Notes under the pieces: model-generated
The model's database searches: none
What the model was told of the DNA's origin: nothing
What the model saw: only the letters and a program-made list of their open reading frames with translations
Made by a program: the position numbers and the translations under genes
Shown: piece after piece, positions 47,530 to 64,000 of the stretch
How positions within the stretch are numbered: position 1 is the stretch's first letter
Layout: each line of letters starts with the position of its first letter
Assembly (NCBI RefSeq): GCF_009914755.1
Contig: NC_060931.1
DNA from: the human T2T-CHM13v2.0 reference genome, Homo sapiens
DNA: 64,000 nucleotides
Direction: 5' to 3' (one strand)

Positions 47530-48097
<568 letters not shown>

Positions 48098-49631
48098 CCC
48101 CAAAAGATAACATTTTAATCAGCACTGGCGGAGGGTAGCGGTGGGGGCCGAGGGATCCAGGGTTCCCTAAGAGCTCACAGGGTCCTTCTGAGGACTTCAC
48201 TCTCACCTGGAACTTTTACAACACCCATTTTACAGACGGGACACTGAGGCCGAGACTAACTCATGACTCCCCCACGCCTGAGGGTTTGCAAAGGGCAGAG
48301 CCAGGTGCGGACCCAGGCGGTCGGACAGCCACGGCCAACGCCACCCGGCACTCTACACGGCTGACCCCCCCAATCCATCAGGACTGCAAGGCCAAATATC
48401 ACACCGTCCGGGGCACCCCAGTACTGAGCTTGACAGCAGAGGGCACTTCCAATTGTCCCTTCCTAAGGAGGGCACCAACACCCCCCAGGGTGGGCAGGGG
48501 CTCGGGCGCTCTCCATCCAGAGCCCCCCGCCCAGCTCACGCCCGCCCTCCCCGGGCACTGGGGGAGGAGGTGAGCACCCGCCACTCAGGCTCAGGCAGCC
48601 TGGAAGATCCAGGCCACGACTGCCAGCGCTCAACTCCACTCGGCCCTCACTGGTATTTTCCGAGTGCCCGCTATGTACAGGCAGGTCTGTGCTGGGCGCC
48701 AGGTTGCCGGGAAATGGGGCACACACAGCCCCTGTCTCATAAAGGCACCAGCAAAACAGGGGTGAACATCGAATGGGTGGGGCCCTTCTGACTGTCACTC
48801 ACGGAACAAACACAGGCCGAGGCCTCATCACAGGGGGACAGCGGTGGGGGGAGTGGGACTGAAGGCCCCCCGAACTCATCTCCCCAAAGACCATGCGAAA
48901 GGGACCTGTACTGCCTCATAACCAGCCATCCACGGCCACGCGGCTTCCTGTGCTCAGCCACATCAGGCACCCCTGGGGCAGCAAACAGGTTTTGCTATTT
49001 GCTCAACCAGACTCAGCGATGGGCTCTGCGGGCACCGGATCTGCCTCTGCATCCCACAGGCTGGACCCAGCCTAGAGCTGGAAACCTCATCAGAACCTCT
49101 CTGTGCCGAGCAAGTCAAAATCGGGGACGTGGAGCCAAGGCGAAGGCGGGCACGAGGCGGGAGCCGCCAACAGCCAAGGCATGCTTAGGTCAGCAGAGGG
49201 CAGGCGGGGTCCCCTCCAGAGGCCTCTCTCCAGACTGGGATGCAGGATCTTTCTTCTCCAAGGATTTCATTCCTGGAGGAAGAAAAGAGCCCCAGCTGTC
49301 TGCCATCAAACCGGGTTGCCGGGCTGGAGCTCCTCCCAGGCCCGTGTGAGGAAGAGCAAAGGCCGGCAGGGGCTCGATGGGACCAGTCGCTCGCTCAGGC
49401 CCAGGAAAACCACACAGCTGGGGGCTGTCAGGATTGGACCAGGGTCAGGCCGGCCAGGCGATGGCGGGAAAAGCAGGCCCACTCTGCAGACCTCAATGTC
49501 TCAGGTGCACTGCAGGGCAACCCCGCCTACCCCGGGTAGAGTTGGCAAAGCCCACGGCCTTGTCCATTTCACCCCCCTGACCATCTCCCTCCCTCGCCTT
49601 TTCCAAGAAACCCTCTGAAATTCCTCGCCCA

Positions 49632-49700
49632 CCCCCAAGTCAGGCTCAAGGACCCCCCAAGTCAGGCTCAAGGACCCCCCAAGTCAGGCTCAAGGACCCC
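49632..49700. repeat. 22-bp tandem repeat, 3 copies
   Basis: aagtcaggctcaaggacccc at 49637, 49659 and 49681. Confidence 0.92.
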
Positions 49701-50053
49701 TCAGGGTTCGTCGGGGACGGGGTGGAGGTGCCTGCTCTGCAGCCCACGGCGGGCACTCGTGTTCTGACGCCAAGGTGCTTGCAACGTCCTGTGAGCCCGT
49801 GCCACTCCGCCACCGCGGGACGCCATTGCTACACCACCTGTGTGTCGGACATTACAGCCGATGGTGACAGAGCCCGCTCCGTGCAGAAGATGAGAAGCCC
49901 TGGAGACATTCCCAAGCCTGGCTGCCTTCCTCAGCCATCACCTCCCAGGACAGGGCACGTTTTCCAGAGTGAAAGGCACCGGGCTCATGGCACAGTGACA
50001 GGATTCCAGGCAGCTGGTTCCACTGTAGCCCTCAGACCCTGGCTCCAAGCGCG

Positions 50054-50882
50054 AGGGCTGGAAAATGCTGCAGGAGCGGGGCCACAGCCTCCCAGGGCGC
50101 CACCACCCCAGGGCTGGAAAACGCTGCAGGAGCGGGGCCACGGCCTCCGAAGGCACCACCACCCCAAGGCTGGAAAATGCTGCAGAAGCGGGACCACGGC
50201 CTCCGAGGGCGCCACCACCCCAAGGCTGGAAAACGCTGCAGGAGCGGGGCCACGGCCTCCGAGGGCGCCACCACCCCAGGGCTGGAAAACGCTGCAGGAG
50301 CGGGGCCACGGCCTCCGAAGGCACCACCACCCCAGGGCTGGAAAACGCTGCAGGAGCGGGACCACGGCCTCCCAGGGCGCCACCACCCCAGGGCTGGAAA
50401 ACGCTGCAGGAGCGGGGCCACGGCCTCCGAAGGCACCACCACCCCAAGGCTGGAAAACGCTGCAGGAGCGGGGCCACGGCCTCCGAGGGCGCCACCACCC
50501 CAAGGCTGGAAAACGCTGCAGGAGCGGGGCCACGGCCTCCGAGGGCGCCACCACCCCAGGGCTGGAAAACGCTGCAGGAGCGGGGCCACGGCCTCCGAGG
50601 GCGTCACCACCCCAGGGCTGGAAAACGCTGCAGGAGCGGGGCCACGGCCTCCCAGGGCGCCACCACCCCAGGGCTGGAAAACGCTGCAGGAGCAGGGCCA
50701 CGGCCTCCCAGGGCGCCACCACCCCAGGGCTGGAAAACGCTGCAGGAGCGGGGCCACGGCCTCCCAGGGCGCCACCACCCCAGGGCTGGAAAACGCTGCA
50801 GGAGCGGGGCCACGGCCTCCCAGGGCGCCACCACCCCAGGGCTGGAAAACGCTGCAGGAGCGGGACCACGGCCTCCCAGGGC
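50054..50882. repeat. 56-bp GC-rich VNTR, about 15 copies
   Basis: Unit agggctggaaaacgctgcaggagcggggccacggcctcccagggcgccaccacccc; open in all six frames. Confidence 0.97.
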
Positions 50883-51761
50883 TCTGTGGGCTGCAATACT
50901 TGTTTTCTTTCCACGGCTGCTGCTTCAAAGCACAGGCCGGGCCTTGGAAGTGGAGCGCAGTGGAAGAGCCAGGCACACCCCCACCTCCCCCTTCCAGGAC
51001 CAGGGCACTTGAAAGGTGTGGAGGGGGCTGGGCCAGGCCAGGCGAAGGTGACCGTGGCTCCTAGCAGGTGAGCAGCTGAGATGTACCTGAGGGCTCGGCC
51101 AGCCCCATCGGAGAGGCAAACCCCCAGGCAGGTGGTCCTGTTGTCAAAACTGGCCGGCCGGGAGCTGGAAAACAGGCCCAAACTGCGCCTGTGCTGGCAG
51201 GTGGCAGGCAGGCAGCGGGCAGCGGTTGGGGTCCTGGCTGGGGGTGCAAGGTCAGCCTGCATCTGAGGCCTGTGGGTACCCAGGGGGTGGCCTATCCCAT
51301 TGCCCTGGGGGTCCCACGGCTCCCTGTACAAACTCAGATGCACTTGATTTTGTTATTATTGTTTTAATTTGGTCTGAACCTTTGTTCTAAGTGAAGAGAC
51401 ATAGCTTTCCAAAGGCCATACGGGTGAGGCTGGCCCCGGGGGGATCAAATGCCTCCCTCCTGGCCTCACTGCCAGGCTCATGTTAAAGACGCCCAGGGGA
51501 TGTGCCATAGGCACTGCATCACCAAAGCTGGAGGCTCCCTCAGGACCAGGGAGACAGACAGGGATTGCAAACTCAGCCACCCCCAGGCCCAGTCAGGTGC
51601 AGGGATGGGGAGCACACCCCCCCCACCATCTCCAGGGAGCACCATCACCCAGGTGGAGCAGGGCCCACACGTGTGACCTTCCAGCTTTCAGATAAGATGG
51701 AAACTCAGAAGCTCCCTGACCATCGCCTGGTTTCAACAGAGGGCTTGCAGCTGATTCGGAT

Positions 51762-52887
<1,126 letters not shown>

Positions 52888-54292
52888 TCACGTGTGAGCC
52901 AGCGTCTCCGTGTGACCCTCCTGCGCACACGCAACAGAGCCTGGGGGGAGCAGGTGCTGGCCAAGGTCTGTTATCTCTCTCTGCCTTGTCTGTGTGAACC
53001 CTGTGTCTCTGTTGCCTCATTAAAAATCATTCCTTTTAAACACTGTGAAATTCTGCCAGACGCCCAGCAGCTCGGCCCCTGCAGAAGGGCGCACATCTTC
53101 TCAACCTCAAGGGGCGTGGAGACCACCCACCTCGCCGAAGCCGGCACCGGCTTCGCAGAGACCCGGACTCGAGACGAATCCTCCTGCTGCTGTCTCTCCC
53201 ATCCACTGCCCCCCAACACAGCCCCCCGAGCCGCAGGCTCCACCGGGGGGGTCTTCCCACTGCCCCTGGCTCAGCTCAGGACGGCCACTGCGTCTGAAGA
53301 CCACCAGTGTCCCCGCTGCCGGGTCATGGCACTGGTACTCCCAGGAGCCATTCTCTTCTGTGGGGATTCCCTTGTTCCGAGCACACTGGGTGGGGCTGCC
53401 TTGGTACAGATGGATCCAGGCCTTCAGGACACTGCGGCCCTCATGATGCTGCTGCGTGTCTGCTCTGCAGGGCACAGGGCGAGGCTGAGCTCACTCCGGT
53501 TCATCCTCACACAGAAATGCCACGGAGGCTGCACTCTCTACCGGATGTTCCTGAGCCCCCGGCACTGCCAGCCACACGTGATACAAGCTACAGAGCCATC
53601 AGGAGGATTCCGTGGGCCACACCCGCAACAGGTCTGGGACTCTACGGGGCTGTGTGCCCAGCCACAGCCTCAAGGAGCCCCCGACGGCCGGCACCCGTCA
53701 GCCCTCCTGAGCCTGGGGCCACACAGTGCCTGTCCGGGAAGCAGACACCAGGTCCCGGCCGGCTCCGGCAAGCCTCCACTTTCTCCTCTAAATCACGGGC
53801 AGAGGGAAGCCAGGCGCGCGGGTCGTAGTGAGATCAGCTAGATGGAGTCATGTCGTGCCGACGCCATGCGTGTGAATTCATTCTCTGCTCCCACCACTGC
53901 TCCGACTCTGGAATACGCTCAGAAACAAACCCTTCACGCTGTCAAAATCCTCCCCCAGATATCGCTATAAACAGCAAAGACGTGATCTCCAGGACATGAT
54001 GTCAAATGAAAAACACCAAGTGGAGAAAAGTGTGTCTCGTGTGCAAACATCTATCTAACACAGGCAGGAGGGGCCGTGACTCCATGTGCGTATTTGCTTA
54101 TTTAAACCACACATAGGCAAATCGACACAGAAAATATTAAGATAGTCACCCACAGGTGAAAGGAAGGGGCTCTGTGCACAGGAGACGGGACCCAGGAAGG
54201 CGGCAAGACTTCTGTAATATCCCACGACTTGGGAGCCATATTAGTATTTCATGTAATTATACAAACCAAATTCAGATTTAAAAAGTAATACA

Positions 54293-55823
<1,531 letters not shown>

Positions 55824-56569
55824 TGATGAAGCAAATGCAGCACAAATACGTCCCAAAATGCTGAGTGGCAAAGGGTACACAGGGCTTCATGATACTCTCC
55901 TTGCAACGTTTCTGTGTGAACTATTTTCAAGGTAAAATTTAAAACAATAAATAAAATTAGGAGATTTCACCAAAAAACCGGACTTCCAGCTTCTCTGGAA
56001 AAATCAAGATCTGACACCCTGGGACCCACATTCCACAGGCTGGAAACCAGCTGAGCAGGGGTCCCTGTGGGCCCCAAGGCCCAGCCCTCCCCTGGCAGCT
56101 TCCACATCTCAGGACCAGACTGGCCCTGAATGTTCCGGATCTGGGCCAGATGTCATGTTCGCGCCCAGGCAGACTGTGGCATCGCTGCTCTGAAAACAGG
56201 GGTCAGAGCAGCAGGCCTGGGCCACAGAGCCTCAGAAGGATCGGAGTGGACGGCAACCTGCCTGCACCCCCCTGGGGCTCAGGGAGCGTCCCCAACACTG
56301 ACTCCACAGTCCTCTCCTGGCAGACGCACAGCTGGGACCCGAGGGCCCCTTGGCAGCCCTAGGCCTCTCCCCAGGGCACTGGAACCCAGGCCTGGAGCCC
56401 GGAAGGCTCGGGACTCCTCCGCTGCCTCCCAGGCCCTCCCAGACTATCCTGTGAACAGCTTAGGAAAAAGGGCTTCTCCCTCCATGATGGCTGCAGGACG
56501 GTCTTTGAGCAGGGGAGAGAAGGCACAGCGAGGGAGACGGGGAAGCCTCAGGTTTTCTGGAGCTCAGTG

Positions 56570-56700
56570 CAAAGGTAAGGAGGTGAATGAGCTTTGGAGG
56601 CAGGAGTTGGTCCAAATCACAGCTCCGACACTTACTAGCTGGATGATTTCAGCAGGCCACTTAATCGCCAGGCCTCAGTTTCCCCATCTGTGAAACAGAG
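56570..56700 (+). mobile_element. MIR
   Basis: ggcctcagtttccccatctgtgaaa core. Confidence 0.7.
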
Positions 56701-56743
56701 CTACGGACAGCAGGTTCACGAAGCATTGTAAAAGTACCAGCAC

Positions 56744-57365
56744 CGCGCCCACACATCCTCCACCGGCCGCGCCCACACGTCCTCCACCGGCCGCGCCCTC
56801 ACGTCCTCCACCGGCCGCGCCCTCACGTCCTCCACCGGCCGCGCCCACACGTCCTCCACCGGCCGCGCCCTCACGTCCTCCACCGGCCGCGCCCTCACGT
56901 CCTCCACCGGCCGCGCCCACACGTCCTCCACCGGCCGCGCCCACACGTCCTCCACCGGCCGCGCCCTCACGTCCTCCACCGGCCGCGCCCACACGTCCTC
57001 CACCGGCCGCGCCCACACGTCCTCCACCGGCCGCGCCCTCACGTCCTCCACCGGCCGCGCCCACACGTCCTCCACCGGCCGCGCCCTCACGTCCTCCACC
57101 GGCCGCGCCCACACGTCCTCCACCGGCCGCGCCCACACGTCCTCCACCGGCCGCGCCCTCACGTCCTCCACCGGCCGCGCCCTCACGTCCTCCACCGGCC
57201 GCGCCCTCACGTCCTCCACCGGCCGCGCCCTCACGTCCTCCACCGGCCGCGCCCACACGTCCTCCACCGGCCGCGCCCACACGTCCTCCACCGGCCGCGC
57301 CCACACGTCCTCCACCGGACTGTGCCCACACGTCCTCCACCGGACTGTGCCCACTGTGCCCACCG
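56744..57365. repeat. 24-bp CpG-rich VNTR, 24 copies plus a degenerate end
   Basis: Unit cgcgccc(a/t)cacgtcctccaccggc. Confidence 0.97.
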
Positions 57366-57889
57366 GATGCTGGGGCTCCTTCACCAGGGGTGGGGGGTTT
57401 CCTGCCAGCCCTGCCAATGAGGGCTGGTCCTGGGGCCCCTCCTGCCCCACCCAGAATGGTCCTTTCTGACAGCCAATGCTCTGCCTCTCTCAACTGCTGG
57501 AACACAGTGACCCCAGGTGGCCAGCACCTCCCCAGCCCGTGGCCACTGTGAGGACAGCAGCTCAGACAGAAGCATTTCCACCCTCACAGAGGCTGTGCTG
57601 TAGAAGCCTGCTGGGGAGGGGGCCGGCGGGACCTGACGGGTCGGGTCCATCTCTCTGTCTCTGCACCTGCACGCCCCTCCCTCCTGGGTGAGGAATGGGT
57701 ATCACACGCCAAACTCCCTGCTATCAAGAGCAGCTCCCAGGTGTCTGCAACTTCCTCAACAACTGTGACCCCGCAAACCACGGCGAGTGGGAAAGAACGG
57801 CCGTGAGGGAAGGGGCCAGGTGCTGAAGGTGGGGGGTGGGGAGTGCCGGGACAGGCCAAGCTCCAGGACCAGTCAGAAACCTTGAAGGA

Positions 57890-58742
<853 letters not shown>

Positions 58743-59479
58743 CAGGGAAGATGGGGGCTAAAACAGGCAGCACAGAGCTTGTGTTGGACAATGAGAACCC
58801 TGCATGGGGGGCAGCTCCGTGTGGACGCCCAGATTGTCTTCTGCAGCCTCTGAAGTGCATGACATAGAGGAGTGTGTCCTCTTCCTATGGTGCCCCGTGT
58901 TCTCATCCTGCCCCGCCGGCGGAGAAGACGCGGGGCAGGACCCTGTGCCCACCTAGCTGGCAAGCACCAGCGTTGTCTGTGTGCCTGGCCCAGGCCCGCG
59001 TGGGCACCCAGCAGGCACTTAATAAACACCTTGGAATGAGCCTGGGACTGAAAGCCTAAAATATCTTTAGAAACCCCTGTGAGCTCCTCGACTTGGCACA
59101 TTTTAATTTGAATTTCAGCCCCATGCCCGGATAAACAGGGCAACGAATGTTTAGCTGTGGAATTGCTTTTCCCCTAAACAGGTCCCGGAGGCATCCTACT
59201 GAAGTTGGTGGTGAACACACCTCACATAATTAAAAACCAGTCTGGAGAGCTCCCCCAGCTCCCTTCACTGGGGCTGACAGATCGTCCCCCGGGGGCCTCG
59301 GGACAGGTGAAGTCGGCTCAGCAACTCCTCTGTGCACTCAGCCACCTGCCTCTCCCCGAGGGTCTCTCCTAGACACATCACGGGGCACAGGGCTCTCTCC
59401 TCGCCAGGCTCAGACATTCTTGCCTACTGGCGACCCTTCCTCAATGCCAGCCAGCCCTGCTAAGAACATTGTCTTCCTC

Positions 59480-63320
<3,841 letters not shown>

Positions 63321-63323
63321 CTC

Positions 63324-63631
63324 GGCCGGGCGCGGTGGCTCACGCCTGTAATCCCAGCACTTTGGGGGGCCGAGGCGGGCGGATCACGAGGTCAGGAGAT
63401 CGAGACCATCCCGGCTAAAACGGTGAAACCCCGTCTCTACTAAAAATACAAAAAATTAGCCGGGCGTAGTGGCGGGCGCCTGTAGTCCCAGCTACTTGGG
63501 AGGCTGAGGCAGGAGAATGGCGTGAACCCGGGAGGCGGAGCTTGCAGTGAGCCAGTGAGCCGAGATCCCGCCACTGCACTCCAGCCTGGGCGACAGAGCG
63601 AGACTCCGTCTCAAAAAAAAAAAAAAAAAGA
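63324..63631 (+). mobile_element. AluYa5, full length, 13-bp TSD
   Basis: All five Ya5 diagnostics (ccatcCcggctaaAacgg, cgtAgtgg, ctacTtggg, gatcCcgcc); TSD aagaaacaaactc at 63311-63323 and 63632-63644. Confidence 0.95.
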
Positions 63632-63759
63632 AAGAAACAAACTCTGCCCCCTGCCGCAAGACCCCAGTCAACCCCATTTCCTAAAAACTAGCTGGTTTAT
63701 CAGGCAGCACACTCGGTTCACCACAGCAGGGCGTGGAGGGGGCAGTGAGACCGTGGGTC

Positions 63760-63990
63760 GCAGTCATCTGTCCTGGGTTCAAATCCCCGTCCCGCCACCT
63801 TGTCTTGAGCAGTGATTTTGCCACTCTGAGCCTCAGTTTCCCCTTCTGTAAAGGATGGATGGTGCTAACCCCGCACTTCACTGGGATGTGGAGTAGTACC
63901 TGGAATTCTGTGTACGGCAGAGCCTGGCACATAGCCGGTATTCCATCAAGTGCTGAGCACATTGGCCGTTGGTATGAATGCTATAATTAC
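63760..63990 (+). mobile_element. MIR
   Basis: cctgggttcaaatccc...tctgagcctcagtttcccc..ctgtaaa...gcctggcacatag. Confidence 0.8.
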
Positions 63991-64000
63991 CTTGAAAATA

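Noticed and set aside
49722-51343. 449-aa and 452-aa ORFs
   Set aside because: Produced by a stop-free 56-bp VNTR; being open in all frames on both strands argues against coding selection.
52894-53841. 315-aa + strand ORF in unique GC-rich sequence
   Set aside because: Non-ATG start, no recognisable domain, and long ORFs are expected at this GC content.
56675-57505. 276-aa Gly/Ala-rich and 244-aa ARPVEDVW-repeat ORFs
   Set aside because: Translation of the 24-bp VNTR.

Overview
Human (primate Alu-rich, with a human-specific AluYa5) GC-rich genomic DNA from inside PRKAR1B, the PKA type I-beta regulatory subunit gene (subtelomeric 7p22.3), on the minus strand. Four internal coding exons with canonical AG/GT boundaries lie at 28262-28201, 27051-27005, 17116-16958 and 4356-4296. 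They splice in frame to give [43 protein letters not shown]...[13 protein letters not shown]...[25 protein letters not shown], which is cAMP-binding domain A and the following helix. Everything else is intronic: about 35 Alus, old L1/L2/MIR/MLT1/MER31 fragments and a high density (about 16) of tandem arrays. The long ORFs in the track are repeat artefacts. I found no evidence for a new gene system. The best leads are hypotheses: (1) a candidate cryptic poison exon beside a 600-nt UG-rich tract (TDP-43-type architecture); (2) very large YCAY-dense (NOVA-type) arrays in the pre-mRNA; (3) an exact 41-bp direct repeat bracketing the 47-bp exon; (4) repeated birth of minisatellites from fossil L1/L2/MIR sequence; (5) a CpG-dense 24-bp VNTR with a binary variant code; (6) an AluYa5 with an internal 8-bp duplication; (7) an enhancer-like motif island and an antisense-promoter-like element. 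Repeat boundaries and subfamilies were assigned by eye and are approximate.
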